Counted from the stretch's first letter, positions 29,675 through 40,009 are shown. The stretch is DNA of 64,000 bases from an uncultured Flavobacteriaceae bacterium (GCA_905182295.1 CAJJAZ010000004.1:77854-141853), one strand, 5' to 3'. Numbers and translations: made by a program. The notes: generated from the sequence alone by a model not told the origin.

Positions 29675-30865
29675 ATGCCAGCATTGTCTAAAAAAGGGCT
29701 TTCTATGCCCGAATCCCCTATTAGAAAACTTGTCCCTTTTGCAGAAAATGCCAAAGCGAGAGGTATTGAAGTAATACATTTAAATATTGGTCAACCAGAT
29801 ATTAAAACACCTCAAATAGCGCTAGATGCGGTATCTAATGCGAAAATTGAAGTCTTGGCTTATACTAGAACAGAAGGCTCTGATACCTATAGAGATAAAT
29901 TAGCGCAGTATTACAAACTACACCATGTAAATGTCACTAAAGAAGATATTATTGTAACCACTGGGGGATCCGAAGCCTTGTCTTTTGCTATGGGGAGTGT
30001 CGCTGATCCAGGAGATGAGATCATTATCCCGGAACCTTTTTATGCCAACTACAATGGATTTGCAGTTGCCAACGATATTACAGTAGTACCCGTAGTGTCT
30101 CGTTTAACAGAAAATTTTTCCCTACCCCCTGTGGCAGATTTCGAATCCCTAATTGGACCAAAAACAAAAGCCATAGTCATTTGTAACCCAGGTAATCCAA
30201 CCGGTTATCTATATACCAGAGAAGAATTAGAAGCCTTATCTGCTTTGGTCAAAAAACACAGTATTTTCCTAATCGCAGACGAAGTTTATAGGGAATTTAC
30301 TTATGAAGGAGCTGTGCACCACTCCATTCTTACGTTAGAAGGAATAGAACCATACGCCATAGTAGTAGATTCTGTTTCAAAAAGATACAGTATGTGTGGC
30401 GCTCGTATAGGTTGTTTGGTGTCAAGAAATAAAGAATTCATTCATACGGCTATGAAGTTTGCACAAGCGAGGCTATCCCCTCCTACTTATGCTCAAATAG
30501 CTGCTGAAGCCGCTTTAGATACCCCTACATCATATTTTGAATCTGTTAATACAGCGTATCAAAAAAGAAGGGATATATTAATCACTGGTCTAAAAAAAAT
30601 TCCAGGTGTAGCAGTAGCCAATCCTAAAGGGGCTTTTTACTGCGTAGTCGCTTTGCCTGTTAAGGATACAGATAATTTCGCCAAGTGGTTACTCGATTCT
30701 TTTTCTGTAAATGGAAAAACAATCATGGTTGCCCCTGCGGCTGGTTTTTATGCGACCCCTGGTTTAGGTAAAAATGAAATTAGAATTGCCTATGTGCTAA
30801 AACAGCAGCAATTAACTACCGCTACAGAAATACTAAAAAAAGCTTTGGAGGTTTATCCTAATTAA
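29675..30865 (+). CDS. PLP-dependent aminotransferase class I/II (aspartate aminotransferase-like)
   Basis: LNIGQPD, CNPGNPTG, ADEVY, SVSKRYSMCGARIG. Confidence 0.93.
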   Translation: MPALSKKGLSMPESPIRKLVPFAENAKARGIEVIHLNIGQPDIKTPQIALDAVSNAKIEVLAYTRTEGSDTYRDKLAQYYKLHHVNVTKEDIIVTTGGSEALSFAMGSVADPGDEIIIPEPFYANYNGFAVANDITVVPVVSRLTENFSLPPVADFESLIGPKTKAIVICNPGNPTGYLYTREELEALSALVKKHSIFLIADEVYREFTYEGAVHHSILTLEGIEPYAIVVDSVSKRYSMCGARIGCLVSRNKEFIHTAMKFAQARLSPPTYAQIAAEAALDTPTSYFESVNTAYQKRRDILITGLKKIPGVAVANPKGAFYCVVALPVKDTDNFAKWLLDSFSVNGKTIMVAPAAGFYATPGLGKNEIRIAYVLKQQQLTTATEILKKALEVYPN

Positions 30866-31881
30866 TGCATATTTCTAAGGACATATCCATTAAATCACAC
30901 AACAGTTTCGGCATAGATGTTAATGCAGCTTACTTTTCAGAGAGCCACCATTTAGAAGATTTAAAAAGCCTTCTGATGAATCGCTGTCATCCTGATGTTT
31001 TCATTCTTAGTGGAGGGAGCAACCTCTTACTGACTAAAGACCTAGACGCCCATGTTATTAAAATATGTCACAAGGGGATTAGTCTAGTATCTGAAACAAA
31101 AAAAACCGTTGTATTAGATGTAGCTGCCGGAGAAAATTGGCATGATTTAGTGCTTTGGTGTTTGGATCATAATTACGGTGGTCTTGAGAACTTATCCCTT
31201 ATACCTGGCTGTGTGGGCAGTGCCCCAATACAAAATATTGGTGCCTATGGGGTAGAGTTAAAAGATGTTTTTGTATCCTGTGAGGTGCTGGAAATTAAAA
31301 CGCTCAAAACGCTAACGCTCCCTGCAGAAGCATGTGCATTTTCCTACAGATCATCTATTTTCAAAACAAGGGCTAAAGGAAAATATATTATCTACAATGT
31401 TAGGGTTTGCCTTTCGAAACAACCCCATATATTACAGACTAAATACGGAGATATTCAAAGGGTCTTGAAAGAAAATAATACAGATAAAAATCCAACCATA
31501 AAGGATGTTTCAAATGCTGTTATTAGAATTAGAAAATCGAAACTACCCGATCCAAAAATATTGGGAAATAGCGGTAGTTTTTTTAAAAACCCAACGGTTG
31601 ACAGTAATTTTTTTAATGCATTTCATGCTAAATGGCCAGAGGCACCATTTTACAAGATTACAGAGGATCAATACAAGATTCCTGCTGGCTGGCTCATAGA
31701 GCAGTCTGGATTAAAGGGATACAGAGAAAATGACGCTGGAATTCACGAAAAACAAGCTTTAGTCATTGTAAATTACGGAAATGCTAGTGGAAAACAACTT
31801 TTAGCTATGGCTCAAAAAGTCATCCAAACAGTCAAAGAAAAATTCGCCATACACTTAGAACCTGAAGTAAATATCATTTAG
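30865..31881 (+). CDS. murB: UDP-N-acetylmuramate dehydrogenase
   Basis: GGSNLL, GLENLSLIPG, QNIGAYG, GNSGSFFKNP, LEPEV. Confidence 0.96.
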   Translation: MHISKDISIKSHNSFGIDVNAAYFSESHHLEDLKSLLMNRCHPDVFILSGGSNLLLTKDLDAHVIKICHKGISLVSETKKTVVLDVAAGENWHDLVLWCLDHNYGGLENLSLIPGCVGSAPIQNIGAYGVELKDVFVSCEVLEIKTLKTLTLPAEACAFSYRSSIFKTRAKGKYIIYNVRVCLSKQPHILQTKYGDIQRVLKENNTDKNPTIKDVSNAVIRIRKSKLPDPKILGNSGSFFKNPTVDSNFFNAFHAKWPEAPFYKITEDQYKIPAGWLIEQSGLKGYRENDAGIHEKQALVIVNYGNASGKQLLAMAQKVIQTVKEKFAIHLEPEVNII

Positions 31882-31890
31882 CCAACATTG

Positions 31891-32418
31891 ATGGGCATAG
31901 ACACGACAATTGTTGGACTCTTAAAAGCTAAGGATGAAAAAGCCCTCAGCCTACTCTATGACAATTACTCAGAAGTGCTTTATGGGGTTTGTTTTCAAAT
32001 ATTAAAAGACACCTCAGCTGCAGAAGACGCCCTTCAGGAGAGTTTTATAAAAATTTGGAAAAACAGCCACACTTACGATCAAAAAAAAGCAAAATTATTT
32101 ACCTGGATTTTAAGGATTACGCGCAACACCGCTATTGATTTATATCGGAAAACAAACAAAACAAAACCCCTAGAAGTCCAAATAGGCATTAGTGCCGTAA
32201 ATATTAAAGACCAAGGATTTGACAGTGACCACCTCGATGTTCAAAATCATATGGATCGATTGGCACTTAAGAACAAAGCAGTCCTAGAAGCTATTTTCTT
32301 TTTTGGCATGACGCAAAGAGAAGTGGCTGAGTTTTTAGACATTCCTTTGGGAACGGTGAAATCTAGGCTTAGAATTGGATTAAAAGAACTGGGAACTATC
32401 TATCAGTTTAAGCAATAA
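31891..32418 (+). CDS. ECF sigma factor (SigK-like)
   Basis: LYDNY, AEDALQESFIKIW, W...I.RN.AID, IPLGTVKSRLR. Confidence 0.9.
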   Translation: MGIDTTIVGLLKAKDEKALSLLYDNYSEVLYGVCFQILKDTSAAEDALQESFIKIWKNSHTYDQKKAKLFTWILRITRNTAIDLYRKTNKTKPLEVQIGISAVNIKDQGFDSDHLDVQNHMDRLALKNKAVLEAIFFFGMTQREVAEFLDIPLGTVKSRLRIGLKELGTIYQFKQ

Positions 32419-32421
32419 AAA

Positions 32422-33171
32422 ATGGAAGAAAATACAGCAGCTATAATCGCATCTGGTGATCTTGAATTATATGTATCTGGAAGTCTTGATCCTCAAGAGG
32501 CCCTTCGTATTGAAAACCTTATTGATAAAAATCCATATTTAAAAGCACACCTAGACATACTAGAAAAGAATCTTTTAGAATTTAGTGCTCAATACAAGAA
32601 AACACCTGTAAAATCTTTAAAAGCCAATATAGAACGACAGGTTAAAAGAATAGAGCGATTGGCTAAATTTTCATGGGCTTCTATTGTTTTAGCTATCGTA
32701 GTTTTTTTAATGACTGCGCTTTATGTGCTACAAGAAACGAAAAGAATGCGAACCCAGCAGTCTATGGTCAATGATCAAATTAAAGAACTCACTACAGATT
32801 TTGATCAAAAGCTAGAAGACTTGAGGAACCAGTTTATAGTACTTCAAAGCCCTCAAACTGAGAAAAAAGACTATAAGTCAAAATACGATCAAGTTTCCTT
32901 TAATTTTTCTTCTTATCTAAATAAAGAGAAGAGATTGGGGTTCCTGCAATTCGACAACTTACCCAATCTACCAGATAACAAGTGTTTCCAAATATGGGTA
33001 AGTCGCAATGGAGTAAAAGAGAATATTGGGATACTTTCTAAAATTGACAAACAGCAATTAATTCAAATACCCTTTAAAGAAAAGGGAATCATACATATTA
33101 CCATCGAAGATAAACCTGGGAATCCAAACCCAAATCCAAAAGAAGCCATTGCCAATATACCTATTGGATAA
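32422..33171 (+). CDS. Anti-sigma factor (RskA-like)
   Basis: SGDLELYVSG.L N-terminus, central TM, coiled coil, LP.LP..KCFQIW...G and ITIE..PG C-terminal domain; directly follows the sigma gene. Confidence 0.82.
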   Translation: MEENTAAIIASGDLELYVSGSLDPQEALRIENLIDKNPYLKAHLDILEKNLLEFSAQYKKTPVKSLKANIERQVKRIERLAKFSWASIVLAIVVFLMTALYVLQETKRMRTQQSMVNDQIKELTTDFDQKLEDLRNQFIVLQSPQTEKKDYKSKYDQVSFNFSSYLNKEKRLGFLQFDNLPNLPDNKCFQIWVSRNGVKENIGILSKIDKQQLIQIPFKEKGIIHITIEDKPGNPNPNPKEAIANIPIG

Positions 33172-33211
33172 GTGTGTCGCAAAGGCATATTTTGTACCTT
33201 TGTGATAAAAG

Positions 33212-33412
33212 ATGAAGTTAGTTTTCATTACAATTGGACTTTTAGGGTTAGGTTTTGCTGGTATTGCCATAAAAATTTGGGCCAAAAAAGATGGTGCATT
33301 CTCAGGAACATGTGCCAGTCAAAGCCCTTTTTTAAATAAAGAAGGGGAAGCATGTGGCATGTGTGGAAAACTTCCTTCTGAGCAGGATTGCAAAAATGAA
33401 ATAACCCAATAA
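33212..33412 (+). CDS. Small single-TM Cys-rich protein (NqrM-like architecture)
   Basis: N-terminal TM, GTCAS, CGMCG and a distal Cys; own -7 box TACCTTTG 33195-33202. Confidence 0.8.
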   Translation: MKLVFITIGLLGLGFAGIAIKIWAKKDGAFSGTCASQSPFLNKEGEACGMCGKLPSEQDCKNEITQ

Positions 33413-33419
33413 AGATCTA

Positions 33420-33995
33420 TTGATTTTAGCACCCGAAAACATATCAAAGACCATCCAAAATGCCAAATCTGGTCAACAACTCGCTTTTAGTAATCTCTTG
33501 GATACTTTTTGGAATGATGTGTATAGTTTTCAACTGCTTAGAACAAAAAATGAATTAGAGGCAGAAGACATTACTATTGAAACCTTTTCTAAAGCTTTTG
33601 ACAAAATCAATAGCTACAAAGAAGAGTTTGTGTTTAAAACCTGGCTTATTACCATTTCAAAGAACCTACACATAGATCTTTTGAGAAAACAGAAAAGAAG
33701 CCTAGAAAACAATACTTTCTCTTACCAAAACACCACAGGAGAATCAGAGGTTTTAGACAGTACTCCCACTGCTGAAGATCAATTGATTCAGCAACAAAAT
33801 TTAGCAGATTTACTCACAGAAATAAAAAAACTAAAGCCTGCTTACCAAAAAGTAATTAATCTGAGGTATTTTAATGAAATGAGTTATGCTGAAATGGCAT
33901 TAGAGCTGGGGGAACCGGTAAATAACATTAAAGTAAAGGCCCTAAGAGCAAGAAAATTATTGTCCGAATTGATTAGGAACAAGCCCTCGATTTAA
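33420..33995 (+). CDS. ECF sigma factor
   Basis: [37 protein letters not shown]; TTG start. Confidence 0.9.
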   Translation: MILAPENISKTIQNAKSGQQLAFSNLLDTFWNDVYSFQLLRTKNELEAEDITIETFSKAFDKINSYKEEFVFKTWLITISKNLHIDLLRKQKRSLENNTFSYQNTTGESEVLDSTPTAEDQLIQQQNLADLLTEIKKLKPAYQKVINLRYFNEMSYAEMALELGEPVNNIKVKALRARKLLSELIRNKPSI

Positions 33996-34036
33996 GGCTT
34001 TTATCCCCATTGTTTATTATATTTGTTAAAAAAAAG

Positions 34037-34918
34037 ATGGCTACCGATACAATCACTCCCACCAAAGACAAGCCAAAGGCTGGAAAACCAAAATGGTTAA
34101 GGGTTAAACTCCCCACTGGCCAAAAATACACCCAACTTAGAAGTTTGGTAGATAAGTATGATTTACATACCATTTGCACTTCAGGAAGTTGCCCAAATAT
34201 GGGTGAATGTTGGGGAGAGGGTACGGCAACATTTATGATATTAGGAAATATTTGCACCAGATCTTGTGGATTTTGTGGTGTTAAAACAGGAAGACCTGAA
34301 ACAGTAGATTGGGAAGAACCTGAGAAAGTGGCACGCTCTATTCAAATAATGAGTATAAAACACGCTGTAATTACCTCCGTAGACAGAGATGACCTTCAGG
34401 ACATGGGGTCTATTATCTGGGAGGAAACAGTGGGCGCCATTCGTAGATTAAATCCAACGACTACCTTAGAAACACTCATTCCTGATTTTCAAGGAATCAC
34501 AAGGCACTTAGACAGAATTATCAGGGCAAATCCTGAGGTTGTTTCTCACAATATGGAGACCGTTAAAAGACTTACAAGAGCCGTAAGGATTCAAGCCAAA
34601 TACGAGAAGAGCTTGGAGGTCCTAGCCTACCTTAAAAAAGCTGGGATTAACAGAACAAAGTCTGGTATTATGTTAGGACTAGGTGAGAGAGAAGAAGAGG
34701 TCATTGAGACCCTAAAGGATTTAAGAAATGCCCAAGTAGACGTAGTGACTATTGGTCAATACTTACAACCTTCAAAAAATCACCTCCCTGTAACTGAGTT
34801 CATCACTCCTGAACAGTTTAAGAAATACGAAACAATTGGTTTAGAAATGGGCTTTAGACATGTAGAAAGTGGTCCATTAGTGAGGTCTTCCTACAAAGCA
34901 CACAAACACATGCTCTAA
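34037..34918 (+). CDS. lipA: Lipoyl synthase
   Basis: [36 protein letters not shown]; start moved to ATG 34037. Confidence 0.97.
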   Translation: MATDTITPTKDKPKAGKPKWLRVKLPTGQKYTQLRSLVDKYDLHTICTSGSCPNMGECWGEGTATFMILGNICTRSCGFCGVKTGRPETVDWEEPEKVARSIQIMSIKHAVITSVDRDDLQDMGSIIWEETVGAIRRLNPTTTLETLIPDFQGITRHLDRIIRANPEVVSHNMETVKRLTRAVRIQAKYEKSLEVLAYLKKAGINRTKSGIMLGLGEREEEVIETLKDLRNAQVDVVTIGQYLQPSKNHLPVTEFITPEQFKKYETIGLEMGFRHVESGPLVRSSYKAHKHML

Positions 34919-34933
34919 GGACGCAAACTTTAC

Positions 34934-35950
34934 ATGAAAAAAATTAAAATAGGTATTAATGGGTTTGGCCGAATTGGCAGAACACTCTTTCGCCTTTTAA
35001 TCAACCATCCCTCTATAGAGGTAGTGGCTATTAATGATCTTGCGCCAGCAAAAACGCTTGCCCATCTTTTAAAATACGACTCCATACACGGTGTCTTAGA
35101 CGCGGATGTGATTGGCTTAGATCACGCCATAGTGATCGCTGAAAAAATAATCCCTGTGTTTAATGAAACAGCTATTGAGTCAATTTCTTGGCAGGATACT
35201 GGAGCAGAAATAATTATAGAAGCCACCGGTAAATTCAAAAGCAAAAGTATGCTATCCTTTCATCTAAAAGGCCATGTAAAAAGGGTCATTTTAGCAGCAC
35301 CTCCTGAAGAAGACAATATCCCTATGGTCATTATGGGCATTAATGAGCACACTTTAAAAAATGGAGATCAAATTATCTCTAATGCCTCTTGCACCACAAA
35401 TAATGCAGCACCAATGATTGCTATAATCAAGGATTTATGTGGCATCAGAGAGGCTTATATTACCACGGTTCATTCTTATACTTCTGACCAAAGTTTACAC
35501 GACCAGCCCCACAGAGACCTCAGAAGAGCCAGAGCTGCTGGCCAATCAATAGTACCCACAACTACAGGTGCTGCAAAAGCACTCACAAGGGTGTTTCCAG
35601 ATCTAGCTGAAGTGATGGGCGGTTGTGGTATTAGGGTTCCAGTCGCCAATGGTTCATTGACCGATATTACATTTAATGTGATAAAACCTACAAGTATTAC
35701 TGAAATAAATACTACATTTAAGGAAGCTGCCGCTGGAAAATTTAAACATATTTTAGCTTACACCGAAGATCCTATTGTGTCTGTAGATATAAATAATAGT
35801 CCTTTTTCCTGCACATTTGACGCGAAAATGACCTCTGTCATTGGTAATATGGTTAAAATCATAGGATGGTACGACAATGAAACAGCTTACAGTAATCGGT
35901 TGGTGGACTTAATTTTACACACAAGAAAAATAGCAAGCCCATCAATATGA
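34934..35950 (+). CDS. gap: Type I glyceraldehyde-3-phosphate dehydrogenase
   Basis: INGFGRIGR, SNASCTTN, TTTGAAKA, WYDNE. Confidence 0.93.
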   Translation: MKKIKIGINGFGRIGRTLFRLLINHPSIEVVAINDLAPAKTLAHLLKYDSIHGVLDADVIGLDHAIVIAEKIIPVFNETAIESISWQDTGAEIIIEATGKFKSKSMLSFHLKGHVKRVILAAPPEEDNIPMVIMGINEHTLKNGDQIISNASCTTNNAAPMIAIIKDLCGIREAYITTVHSYTSDQSLHDQPHRDLRRARAAGQSIVPTTTGAAKALTRVFPDLAEVMGGCGIRVPVANGSLTDITFNVIKPTSITEINTTFKEAAAGKFKHILAYTEDPIVSVDINNSPFSCTFDAKMTSVIGNMVKIIGWYDNETAYSNRLVDLILHTRKIASPSI

Positions 35951-37191
35951 TCCTTTCCATTAACATCTCAATCACACCTTTGCTGTTGTCATTGTTCTTT
36001 GGTGTTTTTGGAATTTTATTGATTTTTATTGTATATCTCCTTATAAAAAACAAAAAGGAAAAACACAATAACGCCCTCAAAATCGATGAAATCTTGGCTT
36101 ACAATACCACCTTAAGTCATGAGCTCAGAACCCCTTTACATGCGGTAACCTCCATATCTAAAAGCTTGTTAGACAACGCACCAGAAGCATCTCAAATAGA
36201 AGACTTACAAATACTGGAAAGGGCCTCAAATTATTTGGTTAAATTAATTAACGATTCTCTTTTACTAAAGAAAATTGACGCAAAAAAACTAAGCCCCCAT
36301 CAGGAAGCTTTTGATTTAGATGGATTGGTGTACCAAGTATCCAAAACTGTAGAAAAACAAATAGCGACAAAGGGTACTGAAATAGAAATAAATATTGATC
36401 TCGAAATACCCAACCACCTCAATGGAGATCCCGTAAAACTCACCCAGATACTGATCAATTTACTCAATAATGCCGTGAAATTTGGTGAAAAAAAACCAGT
36501 ACTGCTCAAACTAGAAGCCATTAATATAACAGATAAAAGTTGTGAAATAAGCTTTAAAGTATTGGACCAAGGAAAGGGAATTCCCAAAGGAGATCAGGGG
36601 AAAATCCTCAAACACTTTCACCAATTAGAATCAAAAAACAAATCTTTTGGAAGTGGACTAGGATTGCCCATTGTCGTGGCGCTTTTAAAAACACTAAACA
36701 GTCAATTGATCATAAAGAGTAAGATAAACAAAGGGAGTGAATTCAGCTTTTCTCTTGGTTTTAAGATAAATTCAGAAGTTATAAAACCTCCTCAAAAAAC
36801 CAATACCACTCTCATTAAAAATCTATCTATTTTAGTGGTAGACGACAATCTGATCAACCAAGTGCTCACCATAAAAACATTAGAAAAAATTGGCATTAAA
36901 GCCATGCCTTGTCCCTCTGGCTCAGAAGCCATTCAATTGGTTGCCTCTAAAAGTTTTGACCTTGTCCTTATGGATCTATACATGCCTGTAATGACAGGAG
37001 AAGAAGCTACTAAAGAAATCAGAAAAACAAATACCTCTATTCCAATAGTGGCATTAACAGCATTAGAAAAAGACAACCATTGGAAAGAATTGGCCCAAAT
37101 AGGTTTTTCTGCCATGCTTCATAAACCCTATGAAGAAGATGAATTATACCAGGTCATGGTATTGGCTCAAACTTCAGGTAAAGCTTTGTAA
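35947..37191 (+). CDS. Hybrid histidine kinase/response regulator with a single TM and no sensor domain
   Basis: SHELRTPL, QILINLLNNAVKF, DQGKGI, GSGLGL; receiver domain VVDDN, LMDLYMP, KP. Confidence 0.92.
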   Translation: MILSINISITPLLLSLFFGVFGILLIFIVYLLIKNKKEKHNNALKIDEILAYNTTLSHELRTPLHAVTSISKSLLDNAPEASQIEDLQILERASNYLVKLINDSLLLKKIDAKKLSPHQEAFDLDGLVYQVSKTVEKQIATKGTEIEINIDLEIPNHLNGDPVKLTQILINLLNNAVKFGEKKPVLLKLEAINITDKSCEISFKVLDQGKGIPKGDQGKILKHFHQLESKNKSFGSGLGLPIVVALLKTLNSQLIIKSKINKGSEFSFSLGFKINSEVIKPPQKTNTTLIKNLSILVVDDNLINQVLTIKTLEKIGIKAMPCPSGSEAIQLVASKSFDLVLMDLYMPVMTGEEATKEIRKTNTSIPIVALTALEKDNHWKELAQIGFSAMLHKPYEEDELYQVMVLAQTSGKAL

Positions 37192-38219
37192 AAATCCTGT
37201 TTATCCCTTTCATTAAAATCGTGAGAAACAGGGAGATAAAACAATTGGGGTATAGCATCACTTAACTTTACAAAATCCTTGTGGGTGCAAATAATACGAT
37301 TGTATTGCTTCAGTGAAATAACTTCACTTGGAGAGAAAAAATGGTGGTCTGCATATTTGAGGTGCTTCACTAGTGCCCCTATTGAAGTTAAAAAAACCAC
37401 CAAAGGTTCTGGGTTAGCAATTGCGGTAACCAATACAATTTCCTCCCCCTTTAAAGTATCTAACGAGATGCGCTCATTGAGTCCTATTAGGGCATTGGCA
37501 TATTTCAAATGACTGAAAAACACTGGCTGATTTGGCATGAGATTTAGCCTAGAAATAAAAGATTCTTTTTTATTCTCCTGTATATGGCCAGGAGACTTAG
37601 TTACCACGATAACTTGTGCCTTTTTTGCCCTTAATTGGTGGTCTCTCAATGTACCAGCTGGCAAATAAAAATCTTTGAAAAATGGTTTTTTGTATGTAGT
37701 GAGCAAAATATTAAACTGCGCTTTAATGGCCCTGTGCTGAAAAGCGTCATCTAAAAGCACTAAATCAGGAGGGGATAGACTCCCTGATTGATTAGATCCC
37801 AACGAAATCTCTTTTTCTGTAACTCCATGGAGATAACTCGCTTCTAAATAAGCCATTGCTCTTACTCTGGAAGCACAGACAACCATCCTAATTTGAGGAA
37901 ATGTTTTATAAAGCTGAAAGGCTTCGTCTCCTATTTGATTGACATTTGATTCAACATTAGCTTCAATTAGACCATGGGACTTTCTTCCATATCCCCTACT
38001 CACTAGAGCAATATGTAAACCCTTGCTCAAATAGTATTCTATCAATAAGGCAATCATCGGTGTTTTCCCGGTACCTCCGAGACTGAGGTTTCCCACACAA
38101 ATAGTAGGGGTCTTGAAACCCACACTCTTAAATAACCCTAGGTCATAAAAAAGATGTCTGAGTCTAAGCACCCATGCATAGAGGAACGATAAAGGCCATA
38201 AAAGGATTCTGATCTTCAT
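37167..38219 (-). CDS. lpxK: Tetraacyldisaccharide 4'-kinase
   Basis: VGNLSLGGTGKTP, SRGYGR, GDE, LDDAFQH, DHH, THKD.VKL. Confidence 0.95.
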   Translation of the reverse strand: MKIRILLWPLSFLYAWVLRLRHLFYDLGLFKSVGFKTPTICVGNLSLGGTGKTPMIALLIEYYLSKGLHIALVSRGYGRKSHGLIEANVESNVNQIGDEAFQLYKTFPQIRMVVCASRVRAMAYLEASYLHGVTEKEISLGSNQSGSLSPPDLVLLDDAFQHRAIKAQFNILLTTYKKPFFKDFYLPAGTLRDHQLRAKKAQVIVVTKSPGHIQENKKESFISRLNLMPNQPVFFSHLKYANALIGLNERISLDTLKGEEIVLVTAIANPEPLVVFLTSIGALVKHLKYADHHFFSPSEVISLKQYNRIICTHKDFVKLSDAIPQLFYLPVSHDFNERDKQDFYKALPEV

Positions 38220-38224
38220 AGGAA

Positions 38225-38247
38225 CGAAATTATAATAATTATATTTG
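38225..38247. promoter_or_regulatory. Back-to-back divergent -7 boxes (lpxK / Nif3)
   Basis: TAATTTCG on minus (38232-38225) and TATATTTG on plus (38240-38247). Confidence 0.55.
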
Positions 38248-38269
38248 TCAAGAACACAATTTTACAATT

Positions 38270-39070
38270 ATGACCGTAAAAGATATTACCAATATTTTGG
38301 AAGACTTAGCGCCATTAAGCTGGGCTGAAGAATTTGACAATGTAGGATTATTAGTGGGAGATCCACAAACAAAGGTATCTGGAATATTAGTAAGTTTAGA
38401 CACATTGGAAAATGTGGTGGAGGAAGCAGTCCTAAAAAATGCCAATATGATTGTAAGCTTTCATCCAATCATTTTTAAAGGACTCAAGCAACTGACCCCG
38501 TCAGACTATGTATCTAGGGTTGTCCTAAAATGTATTCAACACGGTATATCCATTTATAGCATGCACACCGCTTTAGACAATGCTTCACTTGGTGTAAATT
38601 ATGAAATAGCAGAACGCCTTGGCCTGCAAAAAGTTGAAGCACTCATCAATAACCCGAGTTTAAAACCACAAGACCTAGCGGGGAAATTAGGAATGGGAAG
38701 GATTGGATTACTCCCTGAGGCAATGGAGGAAAAGGACTTCCTAAAACACTTGAAAGCTGTTTTTGGGACGCCTTGTATAAAACATTCCCAATTACTTGGA
38801 AAAAAAATAAAAAAAGTAGCTGTGTTGGGTGGTAGTGGCGCTTTCGCTATTGACAACGCAAAAGACTGTAAAGCAGACGCTTATGTTACTTCAGATTTAA
38901 AATACCACGACTTTTTTAAAGCAGAAAATAACATTCTGCTAACAGATATAGGGCACTACGAAAGTGAGCAGTTTACAAAAAATCTTTTAGTGGGCTATCT
39001 TACAAAAAAAATTCCTAATTTTGCAATCTCTTTATCGAAGAGTAACACCAATCCCATCAAGTATTATTAA
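38270..39070 (+). CDS. Nif3-like dinuclear metal center protein
   Basis: AP...AEEFDNVGLLVG, FHPIIF, HTALD, DLKYH, DIGHYESE. Confidence 0.93.
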   Translation: MTVKDITNILEDLAPLSWAEEFDNVGLLVGDPQTKVSGILVSLDTLENVVEEAVLKNANMIVSFHPIIFKGLKQLTPSDYVSRVVLKCIQHGISIYSMHTALDNASLGVNYEIAERLGLQKVEALINNPSLKPQDLAGKLGMGRIGLLPEAMEEKDFLKHLKAVFGTPCIKHSQLLGKKIKKVAVLGGSGAFAIDNAKDCKADAYVTSDLKYHDFFKAENNILLTDIGHYESEQFTKNLLVGYLTKKIPNFAISLSKSNTNPIKYY

Positions 39071-39072
39071 TT

Positions 39073-39852
39073 ATGGCAACAAAGAAAGAGGTAACAGTAG
39101 AAAATAAGCTTAGGGCTTTATACGACCTTCAATTGATAGATTCAAGGGTAGACGAAATTAGAAATGTAAGGGGAGAACTTCCCTTGGAAGTAGAAGACCT
39201 TGAAGATGAAGTTTCTGGATTAAATACCAGAATGGAAAAACTTAAATCTGACTTAGAAACCATCAATGTAGAAATAGCTGCAAAGAAAAATCTAATAGAG
39301 GATGCTAAGTCTGCCATAAAAAAATATGCAGAGCAACAGAAAAACGTAAGAAACTCGAGAGAGTTTAATGCCCTTTCTAAAGAAGTAGAGTTTCAAGAAC
39401 TTGAAATTGAATTGGCTGATAAAAACATCCGCGAATTCAAAACTCAAATGGAACAAAAAAAGGCAGTTATTGAAGACTCTAAGGAACGTTTAGAGGCTAG
39501 AGAAACACACCTTAAGCACAAAAAAGAGGAACTTAACGACATTCTTGCTGAAACAGAAAAAGAAGAAGAAGCACTTCTTAAAAAATCTGCAGAATACGAA
39601 ACTCAAATCGAAGAAAGATTGATCAATGCATACAAGCGCATAAGAACCAATGTGAAAAATGGTTTAGCAGTTGTAGCCATAGAGCGAGGTGCCTCTGGAG
39701 GCTCATTCTTCACCATCCCACCACAGGTCCAAGTAGAGATTGCTTCTAGAAAGAAAATCATTACAGACGAACACTCTGGTAGAATATTAGTAGATCATAC
39801 ACTTGCTGAAGAACAGCAAGAAAAAATGCAAAAACTATTTGCAAGTTTGTAA
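39073..39852 (+). CDS. Coiled-coil plus zinc-ribbon family protein (DUF164-like), Cys-less variant
   Basis: LQLIDS..DEI, long coiled coil, C-terminal GASGGSF..IPPQ...IITDEHSGRIL. Confidence 0.85.
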   Translation: MATKKEVTVENKLRALYDLQLIDSRVDEIRNVRGELPLEVEDLEDEVSGLNTRMEKLKSDLETINVEIAAKKNLIEDAKSAIKKYAEQQKNVRNSREFNALSKEVEFQELEIELADKNIREFKTQMEQKKAVIEDSKERLEARETHLKHKKEELNDILAETEKEEEALLKKSAEYETQIEERLINAYKRIRTNVKNGLAVVAIERGASGGSFFTIPPQVQVEIASRKKIITDEHSGRILVDHTLAEEQQEKMQKLFASL

Positions 39853-39879
39853 TTGCAGTATTTGAATAACTCCAATATT

Positions 39880-39909
39880 AAAATCTCCATTTATGGAGAT
39901 TTTTTTTTT
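39880..39909 (+). terminator. Intrinsic terminator
   Basis: AAAATCTCCAT-tt-ATGGAGATTTT followed by a long T run. Confidence 0.85.
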
Positions 39910-40009
39910 GCCCCTGCTTAAAAAAGAATATTTATATCAATAGAAAAAAAATATAACATCGTTTATGGCCATATGCTTTCTTATATTTGTTTAACGAAAT
40001 ACATGAAAA

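Noticed and set aside
39987-39995. TTGTTTAA motif at the photolyase promoter as a light-regulator operator
   Set aside because: The same 8-mer occurs near unrelated genes (about 1767, 4664, 17240), so specificity cannot be supported
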